From the NCBI GenBank assembly GCA_041487875.1, contig JBGPOE010000009.1, positions 3,836-67,835 on the forward strand: DNA of 64,000 nt, in the 5' to 3' direction. Below, in pieces: positions 44,212 through 52,631 of this stretch; the stretch's first letter is position 1, and each line of letters starts with the position of its first letter. A model generated the notes under the pieces. That model saw only the letters and a program-made list of their open reading frames with translations, was not told the DNA's origin and searched no databases. Source of the DNA: Gemmatimonadota bacterium (GTDB lineage Bacteria > Gemmatimonadota > Gemmatimonadetes > Gemmatimonadales > GWC2-71-9). A program made the position numbers and the translations under genes.

Positions 44212-44625
44212 TCACTTTCCTTCGTAGTCCACGTAGTTACGCTCTGTCTCCCACAACCGGATGCGCGCCAGGCGGACCGGTTTGAGCGCGGGCTCGAGCG
44301 CGCGCCAGCAGACGACGGCGATGTTCTCGGCGGTCGGATTGAGGTCGCGGAACCAGGGCACGTCGAGATTGAGATTCCTGTGATCGAGGTGGCGCAACAA
44401 GCACTCGGTCACCACGTCCTTCAGGCGTGCGATGTCCAGCACGTAGCCCGTTTGGGGATCGATTTCGCCCTCGACCGACACGTCGAGGTTGTAGTTGTGT
44501 CCGTGGAAGTTGGGGTTATTGCACACGCCGAACACGCGCTCGTTCTGCTCGGGCGTGAACGCCGGATTCCACAGGCGGTGCGCCGCGTTGAAGTGCATGC
44601 GGCGCGTGACGGTGCAGCGGGCCAT
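44212..44625 (-). CDS. 6-pyruvoyl-tetrahydropterin synthase, Cx5HGH (PTPS-II-like) type
   Basis: Trimmed to the ATG at 44625. FNAAHRL..GVCNNPNFHGHNYNLDV..LDHRNLN. Confidence 0.85.
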   Translation of the reverse strand: MARCTVTRRMHFNAAHRLWNPAFTPEQNERVFGVCNNPNFHGHNYNLDVSVEGEIDPQTGYVLDIARLKDVVTECLLRHLDHRNLNLDVPWFRDLNPTAENIAVVCWRALEPALKPVRLARIRLWETERNYVDYEGK

Positions 44626-44628
44626 CGC

Positions 44629-44657
44629 TTGTCGCTCCTCGCAGCCGAGACTATCTT
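44629..44657 (+). promoter_or_regulatory. Candidate promoter TTGTCG-N17-TATCTT directing a leaderless mRNA
   Basis: The -10 ends at 44657 and the GTG start is at 44666. Confidence 0.35.
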
Positions 44658-44665
44658 CGGCGACC

Positions 44666-45877
44666 GTGCGTCTAAAGCTAGTCGCCTCCCTGTCGGCAGC
44701 GGGAGGCTCCGCGGCGTCCGCCCTGTGGACGTTCCCCAGCATCCTCGCGTCGGCGTTTCTCGTGGCCTGGGGGGCGGAAGCGGCGCAGTTCCTCATCTCG
44801 CAGGGCGTGGCCCTCGCCCTGCTCGCGTGGCTGCAGACGCTCCCCGAATTCGCGGTCGAGGCGGTGATCGCGTGGGAAGCGGGCAAGGACCCGAGCCGCA
44901 CGCATCTCGCCATCGCCAATCTCACCGGCGCCATCCGCCTGCTGCTGGGGCTCGGCTGGCCGATGATCTACTTCGTGTTCGCCTTCTACGGCCGCCACAA
45001 GGCCGAGCGGCGCTTTCCCGCGATCCATCTGGACAAAGAACACGCGGTCGAAGTAGTGGGCCTGGTGCCGCCGCTCATGTACTTCGTGTTCATCTTGCTC
45101 AAGGGCCGCATCAGCTGGATCGACGCCGTCGTCCTGCTCCTCCTGTACGCCGCGTACCTGTGGGTGCTCTTCAAGAATCCGCCGCACGCCGCCGAAAAGG
45201 TGCACGAAGCGCCGGCCGTCTCGCGTTGGGCGTACAACCAGCCCGGGTGGCGGCGGCCGGCGGCGATCGCCGGGCTGTTCCTGGTGGGCGGCGCGCTGCT
45301 CTATCTCACGGCGCATCCGTTCCTCGAGTCGATGCTCGCGGTGGCCGCAACGCTGGGCGTGAGTCAATTCGTGTTCGTGCAGTGGGTGGCGCCGTTCCTG
45401 TCCGAGTTTCCCGAGAAACTGTCGGCGTTCTACTGGGCGCGGCGCGTGAGCCACGCGCCGATGGCGCTGATGAACATGGTCTCGTCCAACGTAAACCAGT
45501 GGACGGTGCTCGCGGCGATGATTCCGCTGGTGTACGGCTACTCGCACTGGCGGCACAGCGGCGCGTTCATCCCGTTTCAGTTCGACGCCGGCCAGCAGCT
45601 CGAGATCGTGCTCACGCTGTTGCAGAGCGCCCTGGCCCTGGTGATTCTCGCCAAGATGCGCTTCACCTGGATCGACGCGGCGGGCATCTTCGTGTTGTGG
45701 GCAGTGCAGTTCTTCGTGCCGCACTGGCGCGTGCAGATCGCGATCTGCTATGCGGCGTGGTTCGTCGTGCTGCTCGGAGGGTACGTCGTGCGGGCGCAAT
45801 TGCCGCCGGCGCTGGTCGAGTTCGCCCGCATCGTGCGGGCGCCGAGGCCGAACGCACGATCGGCCGGCGCCGCTTGA
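44666..45877 (+). CDS. Ca2+/cation antiporter (CaCA/Na-Ca exchanger-like) membrane protein
   Basis: About 10 TM segments with AWGAEAAQFLISQGVALALLAWLQTLPEFAVE. The GTG start was chosen by position relative to the divergent gene, so it is uncertain. Confidence 0.6.
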   Translation: MRLKLVASLSAAGGSAASALWTFPSILASAFLVAWGAEAAQFLISQGVALALLAWLQTLPEFAVEAVIAWEAGKDPSRTHLAIANLTGAIRLLLGLGWPMIYFVFAFYGRHKAERRFPAIHLDKEHAVEVVGLVPPLMYFVFILLKGRISWIDAVVLLLLYAAYLWVLFKNPPHAAEKVHEAPAVSRWAYNQPGWRRPAAIAGLFLVGGALLYLTAHPFLESMLAVAATLGVSQFVFVQWVAPFLSEFPEKLSAFYWARRVSHAPMALMNMVSSNVNQWTVLAAMIPLVYGYSHWRHSGAFIPFQFDAGQQLEIVLTLLQSALALVILAKMRFTWIDAAGIFVLWAVQFFVPHWRVQIAICYAAWFVVLLGGYVVRAQLPPALVEFARIVRAPRPNARSAGAA

Positions 45878-45901
45878 CGCGGACCGGCCGACCGGCAAGA
45901 C

Positions 45902-46047
45902 TGAACGGGGAGTATTATTGAAGCCCGAAAGAAATTACTGGTCCCTCACTGCGGCGTCTGTCTTCCCCAATCGAGGGGGCCTGACATCGGCCACCGTATC
46001 TGGGTCCATATCCGAGCCTGTTGGCTCAATAATATGTTCCCCGTTCA
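45902..46047 (+). other. AT-rich 146-nt element closed by a 22-bp imperfect inverted repeat (candidate structured RNA or MITE)
   Basis: tgaacgggga-g-tattattga-a-gcc (45902-45925) pairs with ggc-tcaataata-tgt-tccccgttca (46023-46047). Composition is visibly poorer in GC than the flanks. Confidence 0.4.
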
Positions 46048-46089
46048 ACTCGTAACTTACTCGCTCACGACACGACGTCAAGGAACACC

Positions 46090-46257
46090 ATGAAGCCCAA
46101 CGTGACGTTGATCACCGCGGTGGCATGCAGCACCGCTTGGCTCATCCTGCTCGCCACGCTGCCCGAAGTTCCCGGGGCGGTCAACCTGCTGTACGCGCTC
46201 GCGATGGTGCTGTACGCGCGCCGGGCGATGGTGGGCGCGCCGAGCTTCCGGTCGTAG
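46090..46257 (+). CDS. 55-aa hydrophobic small protein (below the ORF-track cutoff)
   Basis: My translation: MKPNVTLITAVACSTAWLILLATLPEVPGAVNLLYALAMVLYARRAMVGAPSFRS. AAGGAA lies 4 nt upstream of the ATG (46081-46086). GC3-rich codons. Confidence 0.45.
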   Translation: MKPNVTLITAVACSTAWLILLATLPEVPGAVNLLYALAMVLYARRAMVGAPSFRS

Positions 46258-46295
46258 CGCTGGCGGCCCACTTCCCCCGGACATAAGTTCGCCCC

Positions 46296-46535
46296 ATGCT
46301 CGCACTCACCCGGTGGAATGCCGAAGGCGGCATTCCGCAATTGTCGGAGTTGCGCCGCCGCCTGAGTAACGAAGGCATGGTGACCGTGGGGAACGACGTC
46401 CTCGACCTCGGCCCGGGGGACCGGCTCGACGTGGCGGCCGGCGCCGAGCACTCGGTCGAGGTGGTGGGGCTCGCGCCCGCGGTGTACGTCACCGGTACCA
46501 CCGAGCGCTCGCTGGCGCCTGCCGGCACGCGGTAA
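46296..46535 (+). CDS. Small cupin-like protein
   Basis: 79 aa. VLDLGPGDRLDVAAGAEHSVEVVG resembles a cupin beta-barrel motif. Preferred over the antisense 159-aa ORF. Confidence 0.4.
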   Translation: MLALTRWNAEGGIPQLSELRRRLSNEGMVTVGNDVLDLGPGDRLDVAAGAEHSVEVVGLAPAVYVTGTTERSLAPAGTR

Positions 46536-46542
46536 TTCCCTC

Positions 46543-46821
46543 ATGCCCGACTGGATCTGGATTCAGAACGTCATCTTCCCGATCCTGGGCATGGCGATGG
46601 GGACGTTCTTCGGTTGGACCATCCTCAAGATGATCAACCGGCATTTCGAGCGGCGCGCGGAAGAGCGGCGCCTCACCTTGGGGGGCGCGGGTCCGGCCGA
46701 GGAGACGCAGGCGCAGATCGACGCGCTGCGAGAGCAAGTCGAGGCGCTCGCGGAACGCCTCGACTTCAACGAGCGCCTGCTCGCCCAGCAGAACGACCGG
46801 GCGCGCCTGCCGCGCGCCTGA
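46543..46821 (+). CDS. Small single-TM coiled-coil protein, ERxDFxERLL-tail family, copy 5 (dispersed)
   Basis: 92 aa. TM VIFPILGMAMGTFFGWTIL and tail LREQVEALAERLDFNERLLAQ. Confidence 0.7.
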   Translation: MPDWIWIQNVIFPILGMAMGTFFGWTILKMINRHFERRAEERRLTLGGAGPAEETQAQIDALREQVEALAERLDFNERLLAQQNDRARLPRA

Positions 46822-46833
46822 TCAGCGCGCTCG

Positions 46834-48060
46834 TTACAGCCAGACCAGGACCAACACACCCCACACCAACGTCAGCAACGTCACGGGCACGCCCACACGG
46901 GCGTATTCCCCGAAGCCGATCCGCACGCCCCGCCGTTCCGCCCGCTCCGCCACGATCAGATTCGCCATCGAGCCGATGAGCAGCAGGTTGCCTGCAAACG
47001 TCGAGCTCATCGCCACGATGCGCCACATCAGGTCGGGGTGCGGCAGCGTAGGCACCGTGCCGCGCCACAGCAACACCGCCGGCACGTTGGAAATCAGATT
47101 CGAGAGCACCGTCATCACGCCACTCGCGCCCGCCGCGAGACCGAGGGGCGAGGCTCCGGCCATGAGGCCGAGCGCGCGGTGGTCGAGCCACGCGACGGCG
47201 CCCGTCTGCTCGAACCCCCGCATCACCACGAACAACGACGCGAAGAACAGCAGCAGCGACCAGTCCACCCGGTCGATGGCGTAGGCAGGGTCGCGCTGGG
47301 CGATGGCCACCATGCCCGCCCCTGCCGCGATCGCCACGAGCGGCAGCGAGCCGCCCACGAGCCAGCCCACCACCGCCACGGCGAACATGGTCAGGCCCTT
47401 GGTCACGAGCGGCGCGTCCAGCGCCACGGGCACGGTTTCGAGGCGTTCGCGGAAGGGCTCCGCCAGCTCGGCGCGGAAGGCCCAGCGGAGATAGCCGTAC
47501 GTGAGCGCCAGGCCGCCCGCACCTACGGGCAGCATGCGCACCAGGAATCCACCGAATGTGGCGTGACTCCAAATGCCCACCAGCATGTTCTGGGGATTCC
47601 CCGTGACCGAAAGCACCGAGCCGACGTTGGCGCCCATGGCGAGGCCGATCAGGTACGGCGTGGGTCGCACGCGCAGCGGCCCCAGCGCGGCGAGCAGCAC
47701 CGGCGTCACCACGAGGCAGATCGTGTCGTTGACGAACAGCGCCGAGAGCAGCCCGCCGCCTACCACCACGCCGAAGAGCAGACGCTCGGGTGTGCCGGCG
47801 CGGCGGATCACCCAGTCGGCGGCCCACTCGAAGAACTTCCCCACCTCGAGGTAACCCACGATCAGCATGAGGCCGAGCAGGAAGACCAGCACGTCGAAAT
47901 CGACCGCGCGGTAGGCGTCGTCCAGAGACAGCACGCCGAACGCCACCATGGCCACCGCACCGAGCAGGCTCGCGGCGGGGCGGTTGAGCTGGATGCCGGG
48001 CAGGCGCTGCACGGCGATCAGCAGGTAGGTGATCGCGAAGATGACGAGGCCCGCGGTCAC
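46834..48060 (-). CDS. ArsB/NhaD-superfamily anion permease (YbiR-like)
   Basis: Trimmed to the GTG at 48060. Polytopic, with LSVTGNPQNMLVG and SNLISNVPAVLL repeats. Confidence 0.7.
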   Translation of the reverse strand: MTAGLVIFAITYLLIAVQRLPGIQLNRPAASLLGAVAMVAFGVLSLDDAYRAVDFDVLVFLLGLMLIVGYLEVGKFFEWAADWVIRRAGTPERLLFGVVVGGGLLSALFVNDTICLVVTPVLLAALGPLRVRPTPYLIGLAMGANVGSVLSVTGNPQNMLVGIWSHATFGGFLVRMLPVGAGGLALTYGYLRWAFRAELAEPFRERLETVPVALDAPLVTKGLTMFAVAVVGWLVGGSLPLVAIAAGAGMVAIAQRDPAYAIDRVDWSLLLFFASLFVVMRGFEQTGAVAWLDHRALGLMAGASPLGLAAGASGVMTVLSNLISNVPAVLLWRGTVPTLPHPDLMWRIVAMSSTFAGNLLLIGSMANLIVAERAERRGVRIGFGEYARVGVPVTLLTLVWGVLVLVWL

Positions 48061-48061
48061 C

Positions 48062-49030
48062 TCAGATTTCCCAGTTGGAGAACAGCACGCCCTCGGTCGG
48101 TGGGCGCTCGGCGTGACCCTCATAGTGCAGTCGCAGGTCGGTCCAGCGGACGCGGTAACCGCGGGCGATGAGCCGGCGGAAGGCATCCTCGTAGCGTGTC
48201 TGGCAGCGCAACGACACGCGCCGGATGCCGAGCTGCGCGGCCGATGCCTCGGTGGCGCTGACGGCCGCTTCGAACGCGCGTGCGTCGCGGGCGGCGAGCT
48301 TCAACACGCGCACTTCGTCGCGCGGGCGTCCTTCGGCGAGCGGCGCCGCGTGCCACAACACCATCGCCTCGATACCCGCCGGTCCGGTCACCACCGTCGT
48401 GTCGCCCAGACCCAGCTCCGCGGTCAACAGGACTTCGCGCGTGAAGTCGTACCCCGGGGCGAGCCCCGTCACCACCGCGCCCGCCGCCGCGACGAGCGCG
48501 GGCTGATCTGGAGCGGCGAGCTGCGACAGGAGCTGGGGCGCCCGGTGGCCGCGCGTGCCGATCTCGTTCGTGAGGGTCACGGTGAGGTGCCCCGGCGTGA
48601 AGCCGAGCCGCGCATAGAAGCCGATGTTCTCGACCGTGCGCGGCATGGTCTCGAGACCGAGCGTGGTGACGCCCTGGTCGAGCAGCCAGTCCACGGCCGT
48701 CCGCACCACGGTCTTGCCGACGCCCGTCCCCTGGCGGTCGGTGCGCACGGCGAGCGGGCCCATCCAGCCTTCGGTGCCGGAGCGGTGGGCCACGTTGAAT
48801 GCGGCGACGTCACCGTCCTCGTCGCGCCAGACCATGGCGCCGTCCCCCGCGCCCAGCAGCGCGTAGCGCCACACCAGCGGATTGAGATAGGGCACCCGCA
48901 CGCCGGACATCCCGTCGCGCCGGTAGCGCTCGGTGAACGCCTCCGCGAACACGCGGTTCAGCGCCTCGATGTCGCGCTCTTCGGGCCGCGTGGGGCCCGT
49001 GACCTGGCGCTCAGGCAGCCACGCCCGCAT
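48062..49030 (-). CDS. GNAT-family N-acetyltransferase with C-terminal extra domain
   Basis: PLAVRTDRQGTGVGKTVVRTAVDWL is an acetyl-CoA binding motif. The start overlaps the sbcC 3' end by 20 nt. Confidence 0.7.
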   Translation of the reverse strand: MRAWLPERQVTGPTRPEERDIEALNRVFAEAFTERYRRDGMSGVRVPYLNPLVWRYALLGAGDGAMVWRDEDGDVAAFNVAHRSGTEGWMGPLAVRTDRQGTGVGKTVVRTAVDWLLDQGVTTLGLETMPRTVENIGFYARLGFTPGHLTVTLTNEIGTRGHRAPQLLSQLAAPDQPALVAAAGAVVTGLAPGYDFTREVLLTAELGLGDTTVVTGPAGIEAMVLWHAAPLAEGRPRDEVRVLKLAARDARAFEAAVSATEASAAQLGIRRVSLRCQTRYEDAFRRLIARGYRVRWTDLRLHYEGHAERPPTEGVLFSNWEI

Positions 49031-51446
49031 CGGCCGATCCCAGGGTGGAGGTTTCGTCGCGCACCACGCTCGTGCCGCGGCCCGCGTCGTACTCTACCCG
49101 GATCACGCGGTCGAGCCCCTCGCGCACCTGTTCGATGTGCGTGATGAGGATGACCTGCGGGAACCGGTCCCCCAGCCGCCGCAGCAGGCTCACCACGTGC
49201 TGGCGGCGCGCGTCGTCCAGCGAGCCGAAGATCTCGTCCAGCACGAGCAGCGACAGCGGCTGGCCCGCCCGCTCCGCGATCATCTGCGAAATTGCGAGCC
49301 GCAGCACGAGGTTGGCGAGGTCCTCTTCGCCGCCCGAAATCACGGGCTTGGGTAGGCCGTCGTCCACAATCGACAGCTCGTAATCCTCGGTGAGATCGAG
49401 CGTGTCGTAACGGCCGTCGGTGAGATCGGCGAGGAAGCCGGAGGCGATCTCGGAGATCTCCGGACGCATCTCCGTGTTCAGGTCGGTCCGCAGGTCGCCC
49501 ATGGCGCGATCCAGCTCGTTATGCAGGCGGTGGCGCAGCCGCAGGTCGGCGATGAGCCGCTCCTTCTCCGCCCGCTCGGCCTGGCGCGCGCCCGCCCGCT
49601 CCAGATCCTCCTCGGCGCGCGTCAACTCACCACGCTGCTCCACCACGGCCAGCTGCGCTTCGCGCAGCGCGCCCTCCGCGTCGGCGAAGCGCTTGCGCGC
49701 CGCCTCGAATTCCGCCGCCGCGAATCCCTCCGCCGCCACCACCTCCGCCAGCTGCTTGGCCCGGGTCTCGCGTCCCGACAACGCGCGCTCGGCGTGCTGA
49801 ATCTCCGTGCCCAGCGCCTCGGCGCGCCGGGCCCGCTCCTCTAGGGTCGCCCCTTCGAGACGCAGCGGCTCGAGCCGCGCGAACTCGGCGCGCAGGCCCT
49901 CGTGGCGCGCCGCGTCGTAGCCCGAGGCCCGGCCCGCCAGGCGCCGCTCCAGCTCCGCCGCGCGCGCCCAGCCCCCGTCCAGCTCGGCGGCCGCGCGCCG
50001 CCGCTCCTCGGCCTGCGCCTTGAGCTGGCCGGCCCGCGCGCTCGCCTGCTGCGCGCGGGCGCGAATGCCGTCGCGCTCCGCTTCGGCTGCCGTTACCGCC
50101 TCGGGCGCACGGGCCAACTGCTCGATGCGACCGCGGAAATACTTGCCGTCGTCCACGATCTGCTGCAGCTGGCGGTCCAGCACCGCCAGCACGTCGGCGT
50201 GCTCACGGCCCAGCGGACGGTGGCACGTGGGACACTCGCCCTCCGGCCCGAGCTGCGCGATGCGGTCACGCTGCTCCTTGAATTCCTCATGCTGCTTGAG
50301 CAGCTCCGCCCGCCGCGCCGTGGCGTACTCCTGCTCGCGCACCCAGGTCGCGTGCTCCTGCTGCAACGCGTCGTCCGCCCCGCGCAGGCGCTCGTCCAGA
50401 TCCTTCGCGTCGCGCTCGGCCGCGGGCAGCGCCTCCACCGCGGGCGCGAGATCCGCCAGCCGCCGCTCCAGTCCATCGATCAGGCGCTGCAGCTCGTCCA
50501 GCTTCGCCTGCTCCTCGCGCCGTGCCGCCTCCTCACCCTGCAGCCGCTCCAGCTCGCCCAGCTCGCGCCGGATGCGCTCCACCGGCTCGAGCTGCGGCGC
50601 CAGGCGCGCCAGCTCGTCGCGGGCGTGCTTGGCTTCCGCCAGCTCGCGGTCGATGCGCTGGAACTCCTGCCGCGAGGTCTCCACCGCCTGCTCCGCCATC
50701 CGCAGCTCGCCGTCGAGCGACAGCAGGCGCTCGCGCCGCGCCACCCACTCCTGCCAGCGCGGCTGCTCCTGGTCGAACGCCGTCTGCGCCTCGCGCCGCG
50801 CCGCCTCGGCACGCCGCGCTGTGTCGCGCGCCTGCGTGATGCGCTGCTCGGCCGCGCGACGCTCCTCCTCGAGCACGGCGCGGTCGGGCAGCGCCTGCTC
50901 CAATCCCTTCAGCTCGTCGGCGATCGAATTGCGGCGCGCGCGGATCTCCTCCTGCGCCAGCTCCAGCCGCTCATAGCCGAGCACGCGCGCCAGGAAGCGG
51001 CGGCGCTCGCTGGGCCCGAACTTCGCCATCACCGTGAGATCCTTCTGTCCGGTGAAATAGGTGTTGAAGAACTCCTCGCGCGTCATCCGCAGGACGCGCT
51101 CGAGACGCTCGCTCACGTCCTTCTGCGCGTTGGCCACGAGCTGGTGGTCCTCGTACAGCTCAGCCTTGTACAGTCCGCGAATCACGCTGTATTCGTGGTG
51201 CCCCAGCTGGAACACGAGCTCGACCTCGACCGACGAGCGCGGCTTGGCGCGCAGGTTGCGCACCGAGTCCTTGTCGCCGCGCGCCGCCGGCGTGCCGTAG
51301 ATCGCCCAGGCGATCGCCTCGAGCAGCGTCGATTTGCCGGAGCCATTCGGCCCGATGATGCCCACGAGCCCGGGCGCCTCGCCGAAGTCAATCTCGGTGT
51401 CGGCGTGCTGGCGGAAGTTGTGGAGCCGCAGCTTGAGCAGCCGCAT
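49011..51446 (-). CDS. sbcC: SbcC/Rad50-type ATPase
   Basis: Trimmed to the ATG at 51446 (MRLLKLRLHNFRQH). Walker A GPNGSGKST. Long coiled coil with a CPTC zinc hook. Signature SGGEEDL and Walker B LLVLDEIFGSLD. 811 aa. Confidence 0.9.
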   Translation of the reverse strand: MRLLKLRLHNFRQHADTEIDFGEAPGLVGIIGPNGSGKSTLLEAIAWAIYGTPAARGDKDSVRNLRAKPRSSVEVELVFQLGHHEYSVIRGLYKAELYEDHQLVANAQKDVSERLERVLRMTREEFFNTYFTGQKDLTVMAKFGPSERRRFLARVLGYERLELAQEEIRARRNSIADELKGLEQALPDRAVLEEERRAAEQRITQARDTARRAEAARREAQTAFDQEQPRWQEWVARRERLLSLDGELRMAEQAVETSRQEFQRIDRELAEAKHARDELARLAPQLEPVERIRRELGELERLQGEEAARREEQAKLDELQRLIDGLERRLADLAPAVEALPAAERDAKDLDERLRGADDALQQEHATWVREQEYATARRAELLKQHEEFKEQRDRIAQLGPEGECPTCHRPLGREHADVLAVLDRQLQQIVDDGKYFRGRIEQLARAPEAVTAAEAERDGIRARAQQASARAGQLKAQAEERRRAAAELDGGWARAAELERRLAGRASGYDAARHEGLRAEFARLEPLRLEGATLEERARRAEALGTEIQHAERALSGRETRAKQLAEVVAAEGFAAAEFEAARKRFADAEGALREAQLAVVEQRGELTRAEEDLERAGARQAERAEKERLIADLRLRHRLHNELDRAMGDLRTDLNTEMRPEISEIASGFLADLTDGRYDTLDLTEDYELSIVDDGLPKPVISGGEEDLANLVLRLAISQMIAERAGQPLSLLVLDEIFGSLDDARRQHVVSLLRRLGDRFPQVILITHIEQVREGLDRVIRVEYDAGRGTSVVRDETSTLGSADAGVAA

Positions 51447-52627
51447 CAGCCGCGCTCCTCCGCGGCGGCGCCGGCGCGCTCCACGTACTCGACGCCCAGC
51501 CGCACGAATTCCTCGCGCGGCAGCTCGGCGTCGAGCAGGCGCCGCTCCAGGAAGCCGCGCACCACTTCGGGAAGCGTGTGGCGCTTCCCCGGACCGCCGA
51601 CCGCCACCGTGCGCTGCTCCGCGGGCCGGCGCAGGTCGAGCAGGAAGTTGAGCGCGCGAGCCTTGTAGCCGCGCACGGCCGCGTGGTCCAGGTCGCGGGC
51701 GGTGGCGCGGGCGACGTCCTGCACCACGAGCCGCACCACCTGATCGTCGATGGGCGGCTTGGCCGCCGCCACCCGCTCGGCGATGCGCGCGTCGATTTCC
51801 TTGGGGCCCAAGCCGCGGGCATCGAGCGCCGGCAAATCGACGAACCGCCGCGCCGGCGCCACCGGTCGGAACGACACGCGCGCCCCCGGCAGATCCACCA
51901 GCAGATAGCCCTTCCCCGGCCGTCTGGCGTGCGCTTCGTCGCGCAGCTCGCCCCAGGGGTTGGTGCTCACGTACTCGAGCGCGCCCGGATACCACACGTT
52001 GGCCGCGACCTCGTGCGCCACGTGGTAGTGGCCGAGGGCGACGTAATCCCACTGCGCGGCCCCGAGATCGGCGCGGCTCAGCACGGCCCCGCCGTATTCC
52101 GCGATGGTCGGATCGGTGCCGATCACCCCTTCCACCTCGCCGTGCAGCAACAGGATGTTGATCGCCGCGCCGCGCTCGGGCCGCAGCGCGGGCCGCTCCG
52201 GCTGGGCCAGGGCCTGGTGCGGCACCGCAAGCACCGCGCAATCGAGCTTGGGGAAGACGAGCCGCCGCGCCCCGTCCACCACCACCTCCACCCCCAACGC
52301 CTCGTACAGCCGGAGGATCGTGCCGGTCTCGCTCGAGCGCGGCGTGTCGTGGTTGCCCGCGATCATCACGACCGGTGTGTCCGGCAACCCCACGCGCACG
52401 CGCTGCAGCTGCTGGAACAGGTGGAGGATCGCGGGATTGGTGGGCCGGACGGAGTGGAACACGTCGCCCGCGATCACGATCAGATCGGGCTGCTGCGCCA
52501 GCAGGTCGTCCACGGCGCGGCGGAACGCGTCGGCCACGTCCGCCTCGCGCTGGTTGGTGCCGCGCGGCGTCAACCGGTCGAACTGCCGGAAGCCGAGGTG
52601 CAGGTCGGCGAGGTGGGCGAGCTTCAT
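51446..52627 (-). CDS. sbcD: SbcD/Mre11-type nuclease
   Basis: MKLAHLADLHLG, IAGDVFH, GNHD, LLLHG and GHYH phosphoesterase motifs. Confidence 0.92.
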   Translation of the reverse strand: MKLAHLADLHLGFRQFDRLTPRGTNQREADVADAFRRAVDDLLAQQPDLIVIAGDVFHSVRPTNPAILHLFQQLQRVRVGLPDTPVVMIAGNHDTPRSSETGTILRLYEALGVEVVVDGARRLVFPKLDCAVLAVPHQALAQPERPALRPERGAAINILLLHGEVEGVIGTDPTIAEYGGAVLSRADLGAAQWDYVALGHYHVAHEVAANVWYPGALEYVSTNPWGELRDEAHARRPGKGYLLVDLPGARVSFRPVAPARRFVDLPALDARGLGPKEIDARIAERVAAAKPPIDDQVVRLVVQDVARATARDLDHAAVRGYKARALNFLLDLRRPAEQRTVAVGGPGKRHTLPEVVRGFLERRLLDAELPREEFVRLGVEYVERAGAAAEERG

Positions 52628-52631
52628 CCGG

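Noticed and set aside
45902-46047. Assignment of the inverted-repeat element to a known RNA class: the yybP-ykoY Mn riboswitch (because of GGGGAGUA), 6S RNA, or ykkC (ACUGGUCC).
   Set aside because: Each resemblance is a single short string. The expected partner motifs and junction architecture are missing. I report it only as an unclassified candidate.
46065-46544. 159-aa minus-strand ORF as a real gene.
   Set aside because: The translation is Arg/Gly/His-rich and lacks any motif. The plus strand offers two compact ORFs, one with a purine-rich AAGGAA upstream of its ATG, and both with more protein-like sequences. This choice remains low confidence.
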